This document shows, one piece after another, positions 27,421-36,916 of a stretch of DNA of 64,000 bases. A program made the position numbers and the translations under genes. The DNA comes from Anaerolineaceae bacterium UBA5404 (lineage in GTDB: Bacteria > Chloroflexota > Anaerolineae > Anaerolineales > Anaerolineaceae), in assembly GCA_002409625.1 (NCBI GenBank), contig DHNY01000009.1, positions 38,320-102,319 of the forward strand. Direction: 5' to 3'. Under the pieces are notes generated by a model, which was given only the letters and a program-made list of their open reading frames with translations, made no database searches and was not told the origin of the DNA. The first letter of the stretch is position 1; the number at the start of each line of letters is the position of its first letter.

Positions 27421-28065
27421 ATGGAAGATCCAGTTCTCATTGCCAACAACAGCTCCCTGGATGGCCAACAATGGGTCATCACTGACACCTTGCTCATCGG
27501 TCGCGATGCAAGCTGTGATGTGGTTATCCCCGACCGCCAGGTTTCCCGCCAACACGCGCGCATCACCAAAACCGGCGCGATAGTCATGATTGAGGATTTG
27601 GGCAGTAAAAATGGTACTTATTTAAACGGTCAGGTCCTCACCGAAGCGAAACAACTCGTTGAAGCGGATGAGATCACGGTTGCCTTTACCCAAAACTTCT
27701 TGTTCCTGAGCTCCGATGCCACCATGCCACTTTCTGGCATTCCACCCGAGCTAATGAGCGCCTTTAGATTACGCCTGGATGTAAACGCAAAAAGGGTTTG
27801 GGTGCGTGGTGTAGAGCTTGATCCACCGCTTTCTGCCCAGCAGTACAACCTTTTGTCTTTTCTGTATGAGCGCGCTGGCGAAGTGGTCAAGCGCGAAGAT
27901 TTGATCAATGCGGTTTGGGAAGAAGACACACGTTGGGTGACCGAACAGGCTTTTGACGCGCTTGTGCGTCGTCTGCGAGAGCGCATTAGCGCGCTGGACC
28001 CCGACTATGACTATATTGTCACCGTCCGCGGGCATGGCTTGCGCTTCCAAAATGACCCCCACTAA
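27421..28065 (+). CDS. FHA domain protein fused to an OmpR/PhoB-type winged-helix DNA-binding domain
   Basis: FHA 'LLIGRDASCDVVIPDRQVSRQHARI...DLGSKNGTYLNG'. C-terminal trans_reg_C-like 'LSAQQYNLLSFLYERAGEVVKREDLINAVW...VRRLRERI...IVTVRGHGLRF'. Confidence 0.85.
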   Translation: MEDPVLIANNSSLDGQQWVITDTLLIGRDASCDVVIPDRQVSRQHARITKTGAIVMIEDLGSKNGTYLNGQVLTEAKQLVEADEITVAFTQNFLFLSSDATMPLSGIPPELMSAFRLRLDVNAKRVWVRGVELDPPLSAQQYNLLSFLYERAGEVVKREDLINAVWEEDTRWVTEQAFDALVRRLRERISALDPDYDYIVTVRGHGLRFQNDPH

Positions 28066-28093
28066 ACCCAAGGAAAATAGCTGACTTAAACAA

Positions 28094-28131
28094 AAACGCG
28101 CTGCATTTTGGCTTACAGCGCGTTTGTTTTT
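28094..28131. terminator. bidirectional rho-independent terminator
   Basis: AAACGCGCTG-loop-CAGCGCGTTT followed by GTTTTTT and preceded by CAAAA, between convergent genes. Confidence 0.75.
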
Positions 28132-28146
28132 TATCAATTGATGGCT

Positions 28147-29514
28147 TTAGTCTTCTGCAGAAGCCGCTTCAAAGTTCTTGCGCATCATAAATTTTTGGCT
28201 TGCGTTGTTTACTTCGAGTAGCTTCTCGAGCAACTCCGGTTGAGCACCACCTTGCTCCACCTGATTAATCAGTCCACCTAAAACCTGGAAGAAATCATCA
28301 TTAATGCCTTCGTGAGCTTCTTCCAAAACCTGATTTAGGGCGTCCTCATCCGGTGCTTGCAGCAAAATGTCAATCAGCTCCAAATACACACTGCTCTCAT
28401 TGGCTGAGCGGAAAACAGTCAGGACAGTCACAATTTTCTTAACCCGTTCATCGTCGCCAGCTTCTTTTGCTTTCATAAACTCATCATTCAGCACTTCTAG
28501 CGTGGCTTGAGTAAAGCGGGGCAATGCCGCTTGGCTTGCCTCAACCAGGTTGTCTTCCTCGAGCAAAGCGTCAATCATTTCTTTGGCTTCAGCGTGCAAA
28601 ATCTTTTGAGCTTTGTCAATTTCTTCACTTAGATTCAAGAGCTCGTCGCGTAAGGTTTCAAGTTTGCTTTTTTCTTCAGCTTCGGCTGCTTCAATTTTGT
28701 CGCTGAGGATTTGGAAGAACTGATAATCCATACCTCCGCGCGCGGCGCTTACCATCATGGTTAGTTTCACTTTTGACTCAGCTGACTCGATGGCTAAATC
28801 CAAAAGCTTCTCGCGGGTTAAGCCTTCCTGGCTAATGGTTTGAAGCTTGTTCATCACCTCTTGGGCTTCAGCAGAATCCTTGGCAATCTTCTTTCCAACC
28901 GTAGTATGCTCCAGCGCCACAGATTGCAAACCTGCCAATGCCTGGGCGCCTTGTTGGTCACCGGCTGCCAAGGTTGCCTGAACCAAACGAGAAAGCAAAA
29001 CAAAAAAGTCCTCTGTAACCCGTTCATCATCCTGGGCAAGCATTTCGGGCAATGCATCTGGTGACGCCATCATCAAACGCTGGATGAACGCCAGCTGCTC
29101 TTGTTGCGCTTTTAACATCTCGGGGGTAATGCCATCCGCTTCTAAAATAGTTTCGTACAAGAGCTCTTTTGTAAGCATGGTTCGCGGGTTAAAGATGTAT
29201 GCTTTGCGCTTTTCGGGAGGTAAGTCATCCACTGCTTTCTTGATTAGCGGACCAATTACGCGTTCTTGTTCATGAACCGGCGCGCCAAGTTCTGGTGGAA
29301 AATAGCTCAAGAGCAGCTCTTTTTCTGGGTCGTGGTAAACGATCGGGGTAGGATAGATGCCATGACTGCGGCAGCTGGGGCACTGGTAATAATTAGCCTG
29401 CCCAGAAAGCAAGATCTGCTTTGCATCCGGGTCGGTGTTGGTATCGAACAGTCGAATAAGATCAACGGTGATGGGGGTTTTACAATTTGGACATGGTACG
29501 CTTGTTCTAGCCAT
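28147..29514 (-). CDS. CpXC-domain protein with long alpha-helical C-terminal region
   Basis: 'CPNCKT...(33 aa)...CPSCRS' zinc-ribbon-like pairs at the N-terminus, then a roughly 350-aa acidic helical region; start set at the ATG at 29514 (MARTSVPCPNC). Confidence 0.55.
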   Translation of the reverse strand: MARTSVPCPNCKTPITVDLIRLFDTNTDPDAKQILLSGQANYYQCPSCRSHGIYPTPIVYHDPEKELLLSYFPPELGAPVHEQERVIGPLIKKAVDDLPPEKRKAYIFNPRTMLTKELLYETILEADGITPEMLKAQQEQLAFIQRLMMASPDALPEMLAQDDERVTEDFFVLLSRLVQATLAAGDQQGAQALAGLQSVALEHTTVGKKIAKDSAEAQEVMNKLQTISQEGLTREKLLDLAIESAESKVKLTMMVSAARGGMDYQFFQILSDKIEAAEAEEKSKLETLRDELLNLSEEIDKAQKILHAEAKEMIDALLEEDNLVEASQAALPRFTQATLEVLNDEFMKAKEAGDDERVKKIVTVLTVFRSANESSVYLELIDILLQAPDEDALNQVLEEAHEGINDDFFQVLGGLINQVEQGGAQPELLEKLLEVNNASQKFMMRKNFEAASAED

Positions 29515-29715
29515 ATATTCTCTCTTCCTGATAAATAGTGTGTCCATTATAACAGTGCCATGTTAAGATTTTTCTTAATATTTAAGGTCTGATTTTTGTA
29601 AACTTCCTGTTTTTGAACACAAAAGCAGTGAGACCTTTGTTTTATTCACCAGCCTGGTTTTCAATTCTGATAGAATAGAGATAACAACAAAGACACTTCA
29701 AAACAGGAGGCACGA

Positions 29716-31293
29716 ATGTCATTTACTTTAACTTATGCCAGTATGGCCAACCCACCTGAAATCTTCCACACATCCTATGAAAACGCGCTTGCGGACTTAA
29801 AAACTAAATTGGGCAAGGATTACCCGCTCATCATCGGTGCTGAAAAACGCTTCAAAACCGAAAAGTTCAGCGTGCATTCGCCAATTAACACCGACTGGGT
29901 GCTTGCCACCATGCAAAAAGGTGATGCCCAGGACGCAGCAGATGCGATTGCTGCCGCCAAAGCCGCTTTCCCGGCATGGAGCGCCTTAGCCTGGGAAGAA
30001 CGCGTGGCACATGTGCGCGCCTTTGCCCAAGCCATTCAGGACCGCATCTTTGAAATCGGCGCAGCGGTTAGCCTGGACGTGGGCAAAAACCGTATGGAAG
30101 CCTTGGCTGATGTGCAAGAATCGGTTGACCTCATGCTGTGGCCCTGCACCCAAATGGAAGAAAACAACGGCTACCATGTGATGCTCGCCAACGACCCCAT
30201 GGAGGGCGTTGTCTCTATGAACGAAAGCCGCATGGTGCCGCATGGTGTTTGGGTAGTTGTGGTGCCTTTCAACTTCCCTGCTGCCCTGGCAGGTGGTCCA
30301 ATGGGCAATGCGCTGGTCGCTGGGAACACCGTGGTACTCAAACCCGCCACAGATTCACCCTGGGCAACTGCCATGATGATGGAATGTGCAGAAAAATCCG
30401 GCATGCCTCCTGGCGTTGTCAATTATGTTACCGGTCCTGGCAGCACCCTGGGTAATGCGCTCATTGATCATCCAGACGTGGCTGGGGTTACTTTTACTGG
30501 TTCAGCAGAAGTTGGTTTGGGAATTAATCGCAAATTTGCGGAATTCAAGTACCCACGCCCGGTTGTGCTTGAGCTGGGTGGCAAAAATGCTTCCATCATT
30601 TCCAAAAACGCCAATATCGCCGATGCCGCCTTAGGCTGTATGCGCTCGGCTTTTGGCTTACAAGGTCAAAAATGCTCCGCAAACTCACGTATTTTTGTTG
30701 AGCGTGAGGTTTATCAGGATTTTGTAGACGAACTCCTGCGACTCACCAATGAGATCAAAATCGGCGACCCCACAGAAAAAGAAAACTGGTTCGGCGCGGT
30801 CATAAATCAAAAAGCCGCCGCGGACTATGAAAAATACGTTGCCGACCTCGGTCAAGCCGGTCGCATCCTCACTGGTGGCAAACGTCTTAAAGATGGCGAG
30901 CTTGCCAAAGGGCTTTTCTGCGCGCCAACCATTGCCGTGGACGTGCCCATGGACCATTACCTCTGGAAACACGAAATGTTCTTACCCGTCACCATGGTCA
31001 CCGCTGTTGACAGCCTCGAAGAAGCCATGGGCTATGCCAATGACATCGACTACGGTCTAACGGCTGGTTTTATGGGCAGTCCGGAAGAAGGTGAATGGTT
31101 CTTGGAAAACATTCAGGCTGGTGTGTGTTATGTCAACCGCGTTATGGGCTCCACAACCGGTGCCTGGCCAGGATTCCAACCCTTTGGTGGCTGGAAAGCC
31201 TCCGGCTCAACCGGGCGTAACACGGGTGGACCTTACGCGCTACTCTCGTACATGCGCGAGCAAAGTCGCACGCGTGTGAGTACAATTTACTAA
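29716..31293 (+). CDS. pruA: L-glutamate gamma-semialdehyde (1-pyrroline-5-carboxylate) dehydrogenase, ALDH family
   Basis: 525 aa. 'LGKDYPLIIG', 'VPFNFP', 'ELGGKNA', 'GQKCSA', and a C-terminal 'PFGGWKASGSTGRNTGGPYALLSYM', all collinear with RocA/PruA-type enzymes. Confidence 0.7.
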   Translation: MSFTLTYASMANPPEIFHTSYENALADLKTKLGKDYPLIIGAEKRFKTEKFSVHSPINTDWVLATMQKGDAQDAADAIAAAKAAFPAWSALAWEERVAHVRAFAQAIQDRIFEIGAAVSLDVGKNRMEALADVQESVDLMLWPCTQMEENNGYHVMLANDPMEGVVSMNESRMVPHGVWVVVVPFNFPAALAGGPMGNALVAGNTVVLKPATDSPWATAMMMECAEKSGMPPGVVNYVTGPGSTLGNALIDHPDVAGVTFTGSAEVGLGINRKFAEFKYPRPVVLELGGKNASIISKNANIADAALGCMRSAFGLQGQKCSANSRIFVEREVYQDFVDELLRLTNEIKIGDPTEKENWFGAVINQKAAADYEKYVADLGQAGRILTGGKRLKDGELAKGLFCAPTIAVDVPMDHYLWKHEMFLPVTMVTAVDSLEEAMGYANDIDYGLTAGFMGSPEEGEWFLENIQAGVCYVNRVMGSTTGAWPGFQPFGGWKASGSTGRNTGGPYALLSYMREQSRTRVSTIY

Positions 31294-31313
31294 GATATGC
31301 AATAACATTCAGG

Positions 31314-31350
31314 GCTGGCGGCAAATGTCTTTTTGAAGCCGCCAGCTTTG
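31314..31350 (+). terminator. possible terminator after pruA
   Basis: GCTGGCGGC-loop-GCCGCCAGC followed by only TTTG. Confidence 0.4.
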
Positions 31351-31379
31351 CCTTAAACTGAGACCCTCATGGAGGAACT

Positions 31380-32417
31380 ATGAGCCGCCAAACAACACAA
31401 AAAACAATTGAAATTACAAGTCTGATAAAACTTTCAGATGCCCAAATCGCGACAATTAAAGGTGGTAACGAAAACATCCAAATCGCAAATTACCCCAGGG
31501 GATCAGCGCATCAAATTCCTGCCGAGCAATGGGAAAAGACTGAAGTACTGCTTACTTCAGGTGATTTTTTACCCACCCGCGACATGGCACCCAACCTTAA
31601 ATGGATTCAAATGACCTTTGCGGGCGTTGATCCCATTTTAGACCAGCCTATTATCTATGATGAAGCTATTCAGCTTACTTCAGCCAGTGGGGTCATGGTG
31701 AGCCAAATGGGTGAATATGTGCTTATGGCCATTTTGATGCTTGGGCACAAAATGCCTGCCATTCTGGAAGCCCAGCAAAAAAACGAGTGGATTAGCAATA
31801 AATCTGGCATGATTATCCCCAAAGAATTGCGTGGCAGCACGATTGGCATTGTGGGTTATGGCTCGATTGGTCGAGAAGTAGCGCGCGTGCTCTACCCCTT
31901 TGGCGTCAAAGTTTTAGCTGCCAAAGCTGACCTTAGTAAACTCGAAGATACTGGTTATATTCCCGAAGGATTGGGCGATCCCAAAGGGGATTACTTCCAT
32001 CGTTTGTACCCGATTGACGCGCTTTTAGGCATGTTGCCGGAGTGTGATTTCGTTGTACTCACTGCCCCACTTACTGAGAGCACGCGCAACATGTTCTCCA
32101 CCGAGGCTTTCAACGCCATGAAACCCGAGGCTTATTTCATCAATGTCTCCCGTGGTGGTTTGGTGGACGAAGCGGCTTTAATTACCGCCTTGCGCAACAA
32201 AAAGATTGCCGGCGCCATGCTGGACGTCTTTGTTGAAGAGCCTTTACCCTCCAAGAGTCCCCTCTGGCGTCAACCTAACCTGTTAATAACGCCTCATGTC
32301 TCCGCCATTTCACCCAATCTTCTGGATGATGTTTTAACGCTCTTTGCGGTAAACTTAAAGCGCTATGAGCAGGATTTGCCACTTTACAACCTGATTGACA
32401 CGCGAAAAGGATACTAA
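31380..32417 (+). CDS. D-isomer-specific 2-hydroxyacid dehydrogenase family protein
   Basis: NAD-binding 'GIVGYGSIGREVAR', 'NVSRGGLVDEAAL', 'LDVFVEEPLP', 'ITPHVS'. Confidence 0.85.
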   Translation: MSRQTTQKTIEITSLIKLSDAQIATIKGGNENIQIANYPRGSAHQIPAEQWEKTEVLLTSGDFLPTRDMAPNLKWIQMTFAGVDPILDQPIIYDEAIQLTSASGVMVSQMGEYVLMAILMLGHKMPAILEAQQKNEWISNKSGMIIPKELRGSTIGIVGYGSIGREVARVLYPFGVKVLAAKADLSKLEDTGYIPEGLGDPKGDYFHRLYPIDALLGMLPECDFVVLTAPLTESTRNMFSTEAFNAMKPEAYFINVSRGGLVDEAALITALRNKKIAGAMLDVFVEEPLPSKSPLWRQPNLLITPHVSAISPNLLDDVLTLFAVNLKRYEQDLPLYNLIDTRKGY

Positions 32418-32419
32418 TT

Positions 32420-33757
32420 TTGGACCTGTTTGACCAATCCCTCGAAGAGCAATTGCGCCAACACGCGCCTCTTGCAGCACGCATGCGCCCCCAAACCCTG
32501 GATGACATCATCGGGCAAGAGCACATCCTTGGTGAGGGCAGCTTGCTGAGGCGGGTCATTCAAGCCGATAGGCTTTACGGCTCCATAATCCTCTACGGAC
32601 CGCCCGGCACCGGCAAAACAAGTCTGGCACAAGTCATTGCCAATAGCACCAAAGCCCATTTTGAAAAGCTTAGCGCGGTTTTGGCTGGTGTTGCAGACTT
32701 GCGCAAAGCGATCGAGGGCGCGCGTGAACGCCGTCGCCTTTACCAAACCCGCACCATTTTGTTTGTGGATGAGGTGCACCGCTGGAACAAAGCCCAACAG
32801 GACGCGCTTTTGCCCCACGTTGAAAACGGGCTGATCACCCTCATCGGCGCAACCACCCAAAACCCCTATTTTGATGTTATCAAAGCCTTGGTAAGTCGCT
32901 CGCGCGTATTTGAGCTCAAAAGCCTAAGCGCTGAAAACATCAAGGAAGTTTTGCTACGCGCATTGGCTGACACGGAACATGGCTTCGGTCTGCGAAAAAT
33001 AATCGTTGATGACGATGCCTTGCAACATTTAGCCGAAATCAGCAGTGGCGACGCGCGTAACGCTCTCAACGCCCTCGAACTCGCCGTTGAAAGCACCCCG
33101 CTTGGGCAAGACGAAACCCATATCACCCTCGAAGTTGCCCAGGAATCCATCCAACGTCGTGCCGTCATGTACGACAAAACAGACGACCAGCATTACGACA
33201 CCATCTCAGCTTTCATCAAATCTGTGCGCGGCTCAGACCCGGATGCCGCACTGTATTGGCTGGCAAAAATGCTTTATGCCGGCGAGGACCCACGTTTTAT
33301 CTTGCGCCGTTTGATGATACTCGCCAGCGAAGATATTGGCTTGGCAGACCCTATGGGCATTGTTGTGACGAACGCCGCCGCGCAAAACTACGAGATGCTG
33401 GGCATGCCCGAAGGCGCTTACCCCATCGCACACGCCACGCTGTACCTCGCCACCGCGCCGAAGAGCAATACGGTTGGCGCGTATTTTTCAGCATTGGCAG
33501 AGATCGAAAAGAACGGCGCAAAACCTGTGCCAACCCACCTGATGGACGCCAGTCGGGATGCCAAAGCTTTGGGTCATGGCCAGGGCTATGTGTATCCGCA
33601 TGAATTTGAGGGGCACTGGGTCAAACAACAATACCTGCCCGATGGGCTGCAAGACAAACGCTTTTATAACCCCTCCGACCAGGGTGACGAAGCCAACATT
33701 GCCAGGCGTTTGGCAAAATGGCGAGAAACGCTTGAAAAACCCAAAGCCAAAGAATAA
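32420..33757 (+). CDS. rarA: replication-associated recombination protein A (MgsA/RarA AAA+ ATPase)
   Basis: 445 aa; Walker A '[11 protein letters not shown]', '[24 protein letters not shown]', and a C-terminal MgsA domain '[27 protein letters not shown]'; TTG start. Confidence 0.92.
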   Translation: MDLFDQSLEEQLRQHAPLAARMRPQTLDDIIGQEHILGEGSLLRRVIQADRLYGSIILYGPPGTGKTSLAQVIANSTKAHFEKLSAVLAGVADLRKAIEGARERRRLYQTRTILFVDEVHRWNKAQQDALLPHVENGLITLIGATTQNPYFDVIKALVSRSRVFELKSLSAENIKEVLLRALADTEHGFGLRKIIVDDDALQHLAEISSGDARNALNALELAVESTPLGQDETHITLEVAQESIQRRAVMYDKTDDQHYDTISAFIKSVRGSDPDAALYWLAKMLYAGEDPRFILRRLMILASEDIGLADPMGIVVTNAAAQNYEMLGMPEGAYPIAHATLYLATAPKSNTVGAYFSALAEIEKNGAKPVPTHLMDASRDAKALGHGQGYVYPHEFEGHWVKQQYLPDGLQDKRFYNPSDQGDEANIARRLAKWRETLEKPKAKE

Positions 33758-33798
33758 TTTTCTTTACATAAGCTTTACAAAAACCGCCTCATTTCATA

Positions 33799-33849
33799 TT
33801 GACAACCATCTATGTATAGTCTTATAATATTACATAGATAACCATCTAT
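33799..33849 (+). promoter_or_regulatory. promoter with overlapping inverted-repeat operator (putative ArsR site)
   Basis: TTGACA (33799-33804), 18-nt spacer, TATAAT (33823-33828). The inverted repeat ATCTATGTA (33808-33816) / TACATAGAT (33831-33839) brackets the -10 element. AACCATCTAT is repeated at 33804 and 33840. Confidence 0.6.
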
Positions 33850-34167
33850 ATGAAGTGGAGGTGCGCCATCAATCCAATTGATATTTCCCTTATTTGTAAA
33901 AGTCTTGGCGATTCAACCAGACTCCAAATTCTTCAACTACTAAGCGAAGGTGAAAAGTGTGCCTGCAACATTCTAGAAGCTTTCCACATCACCCAGCCTA
34001 CCCTTTCCTATCACATGAAAAATCTCGCTGAGAGCGCTTTGGTGAACGTGCGCAAAGAAGGTAAATGGAGCTACTATTCCATCAATTGTGAAACCTTGAA
34101 CGCTTTCAAGTCCTTTTTTGGTGAATTAACTTGTACTTACAACAGAGGAAACTGCACATGCGACTAA
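33850..34167 (+). CDS. arsR: ArsR/SmtB family metalloregulator
   Basis: 105 aa; 'LGDSTRLQILQLLSEGEKCACNILEAFHITQPTLSYHMKNLAESALV' with the CxC metal(loid) site in helix 3. Confidence 0.88.
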   Translation: MKWRCAINPIDISLICKSLGDSTRLQILQLLSEGEKCACNILEAFHITQPTLSYHMKNLAESALVNVRKEGKWSYYSINCETLNAFKSFFGELTCTYNRGNCTCD

Positions 34168-35162
34168 TTTGGGATTTCATCCAAAACCAGCTTTTGGGCA
34201 TGAAATGGCTCAACGACTTGGTTGGCAAGCTACTGACCCTGATGGGACTGGATATCAGCAACCGTTGGATTGCCAGCTTGCACTTCTTTGTTTATGATGT
34301 CATTAAAATTGTCATCTTATTATGTGTGCTCATTTTCATTATCAGTTACATCCAAAGTTTTTTCCCACCGGAACGCACCAAACGCATCCTCAGTCGCTTT
34401 AGAGGCTTAGGCGCAAACATTCTTGCCGCCCTACTGGGTACGGTAACGCCTTTTTGCTCCTGCTCATCCATCCCCTTATTCATTGGCTTTTCCTCAGCCG
34501 GGCTGCCTTTGAGCGTCACCTTCTCATTTTTGATTTCTTCGCCAATGGTCGATTTAGGCTCTTTAGTCCTATTAACAACCATTTTTGGCGTAAAGACCGG
34601 TGTCTTGTATGTCTTCTTGGGCTTGGTTATCGCTGTTATTGGCGGAACGATAATCGAGCATGCCAGGATGGAAAACCAGTTAGAAGACATCGTTTTAAAT
34701 GCCCCAAGTTTTGACATCGACACGCCTGAGCTAAACTTCCGCGACCGTCTTGACTACGCCAAAACCCAAATGCTGGAAACGCTAAAAAAAGTCTTCCCAT
34801 ACATTCTGGTTGGTGTTGGCATCGGCGCGCTCATCCACAATTGGATTCCCCAGGACTGGGTCGCTGGCATCCTGGGTGGTAGAAACCCCTTTGGAGTCGT
34901 CCTGGCGACTATTATTGGCATCCCTATGTATGGCGACATCTTTGGCACCATCCCTATCGCTGAAGCCCTCTTGGCAAAAGGCGCGCTTTTAGGCACAGTA
35001 CTAGCTTTCATGATGGCAGTCACCACGCTCAGCTTACCCTCGCTAATCATGTTGCGCAAAGCCATTAAGCCCAAACTCTTAGCCCTGTTCATCGGCATCT
35101 GCATTTTGGGCATCATCCTGATTGGGTACCTCTTCAATCTCTTACAACCTTACCTAATCTAA
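34158..35162 (+). CDS. permease of the PF03773 (ArsP/YraQ-like) family
   Basis: Polytopic membrane protein with the conserved 'TPFCSCSSIPLF' motif; ATG at 34158 preceded by AGAGGA and overlapping the arsR stop. Confidence 0.75.
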   Translation: MRLIWDFIQNQLLGMKWLNDLVGKLLTLMGLDISNRWIASLHFFVYDVIKIVILLCVLIFIISYIQSFFPPERTKRILSRFRGLGANILAALLGTVTPFCSCSSIPLFIGFSSAGLPLSVTFSFLISSPMVDLGSLVLLTTIFGVKTGVLYVFLGLVIAVIGGTIIEHARMENQLEDIVLNAPSFDIDTPELNFRDRLDYAKTQMLETLKKVFPYILVGVGIGALIHNWIPQDWVAGILGGRNPFGVVLATIIGIPMYGDIFGTIPIAEALLAKGALLGTVLAFMMAVTTLSLPSLIMLRKAIKPKLLALFIGICILGIILIGYLFNLLQPYLI

Positions 35163-35179
35163 CTAAGAAGGAGCATTTT

Positions 35180-35461
35180 ATGACCCCAAGTCAAAACACC
35201 ATCAAAAACATCAAAATTCTGGGAAGCGGTTGCACGAACTGCAATCGCCTTGAACAAGCTACCAAAGATGCATTAAGCAAACTGGGCATCGAAACACCAG
35301 TGGAACACGTCACCGATTTTATAGAAATCGCCCGATATGGCGTCATGTCTACCCCGGCCTTGGTGATTAATGACCGGGTTGTTTCCTATGGCAGGGTGCT
35401 TAAAGTTGATGATGTCATCAACATGATCGAGAAAATCAAAGGGGAACACAATGTCTCCTAA
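35180..35461 (+). CDS. thioredoxin-fold redox-active disulfide protein (Thioredoxin_3 type)
   Basis: 93 aa; 'IKILGSGCTNCNRLE' CxxC; this protein type is commonly paired with PF03773 permeases. Confidence 0.75.
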   Translation: MTPSQNTIKNIKILGSGCTNCNRLEQATKDALSKLGIETPVEHVTDFIEIARYGVMSTPALVINDRVVSYGRVLKVDDVINMIEKIKGEHNVS

Positions 35462-35867
35462 ACCCAAAGTAGCCTTTGTTTGCGTTCATAATTCCTGCCG
35501 TTCACAAATAGCCGAAGCCTTGGGGAAACACCTCGCAAGTGATGTTTTTGAAAGCTATTCGGCTGGCACAGAAACGAAAGACCGCATCAACCCCGACACT
35601 GTGCGCTTGATGAAAAGCAGATACGGCATCGACATGGAGGCGTCGCAAAAGCCCAAACTGCTGGCAGACATTCCCAAGGTGGACATAGTGGTCACCATGG
35701 GATGCGAGGTCAATTGCCCCTGGTTGCCTTGCAAACACCGCGAGGACTGGGGCTTGGACGACCCCACCGGTCAATCGGACGAGGTCTTTTTGGCTACAAT
35801 GAATATAATTGAAAGCAATGTTTTAGACCTTAAAAAACGTATTTTAGACAGCAAAATTAAACTTTAA
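35451..35867 (+). CDS. arsC: arsenate reductase, LMW-PTPase / thioredoxin-coupled type
   Basis: 138 aa; P-loop 'VAFVCVHNSCRSQIAEA' and distal Cys residues 'MGCEVNCPWLPC'. Confidence 0.85.
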   Translation: MSPKPKVAFVCVHNSCRSQIAEALGKHLASDVFESYSAGTETKDRINPDTVRLMKSRYGIDMEASQKPKLLADIPKVDIVVTMGCEVNCPWLPCKHREDWGLDDPTGQSDEVFLATMNIIESNVLDLKKRILDSKIKL

Positions 35868-35966
35868 AGCACTTTAGTTTGCAATGATTTTGGCGAGAAC
35901 AGCATAACAAGCCTTTTTTGCTTAGCAACCTTGCCATTCATTTGCTAAAAACCGGATCTGGAATTG

Positions 35967-36770
35967 ATGAAAACTAAAAAAGAAAATCGAAACATAAGCC
36001 ATTCGGGCTTGCCTCACATGACTACGCCCAAGACTTCTACCCGCACCGGCGAAAAAACACTTTGTATAGGAGTAGACGGCACCAAGGGCGGTTGGATCGC
36101 TGCCATTCTTGAAGAGCTTGATTTGTCTATTGTACGCTTTTATACCATTGAAGACCTTTGTAATAGCTACCCAAACGCATCCGTTATATTGATTGATATT
36201 CCAATAGGTCTTCCAGAAAGCCCTGCTGACCTACGACCAGATAGCCTATTACGAAAGTCCATGAAAGGTAAAGCTTCCAGTGTTTTTTCAACGCCATGCA
36301 GACAAGCTTTAGCATGTGGGGATTACCAAAAGGCCTCGGCTCAAAACAAAAAAGTTTTAGATCGGAAGCTTAACAAGCAGTCCTATGCGATCATTCCCAA
36401 AATAAAAGAAGTCGATGATTTTATAATCAAACATGCGGAATGGCAAAACAGATTATTGGAAAGCCATCCCGAGTTTGCTTTCATGACCTTAAATAAAAAT
36501 CAGCCTGTATTCGAAAGCAAGAAAACGAAAGAAGGCCAGCAAATACGGAAAGACCTATTATCACGCCATATAAAGAATTTAGATCAATGTTTGGAGCAAC
36601 TGGCTCAATTTCCCAAAAAACAATATCCTCTTGATGATGTATTGGATGCTATTTGCCTCGCTGTGATTGGTAGATTTGGAATGTGTAAGGGATTTTTGAC
36701 TATTCCAGAAAAGCCAAACCTTGACCCGCAAGGATTAAAAATGCAAATCGTGTTTGCGAACTCAGATTAG
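35967..36770 (+). CDS. DUF429 domain protein
   Basis: 'LCIGVDGTKGGWIAA...ILIDIPIGLP...DVLDAICLAV' resembles DUF429 (RNase H-like fold, unknown function); the start is ambiguous (TTG 35964 / ATG 35967 / a later ATG). Confidence 0.5.
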   Translation: MKTKKENRNISHSGLPHMTTPKTSTRTGEKTLCIGVDGTKGGWIAAILEELDLSIVRFYTIEDLCNSYPNASVILIDIPIGLPESPADLRPDSLLRKSMKGKASSVFSTPCRQALACGDYQKASAQNKKVLDRKLNKQSYAIIPKIKEVDDFIIKHAEWQNRLLESHPEFAFMTLNKNQPVFESKKTKEGQQIRKDLLSRHIKNLDQCLEQLAQFPKKQYPLDDVLDAICLAVIGRFGMCKGFLTIPEKPNLDPQGLKMQIVFANSD

Positions 36771-36916
36771 ATTCATCTAGCCAAGCTATCAGCACGAACG
36801 ATTTCCAAGGGTTTTCAATAATACTATCCCTGTTAAAAAGATCCCTTCCCAACTGGTGAATCGTAGGACGACTTTCATATTAACCATAAAACAAAACACA
36901 CCAGTATCCCCACTGT

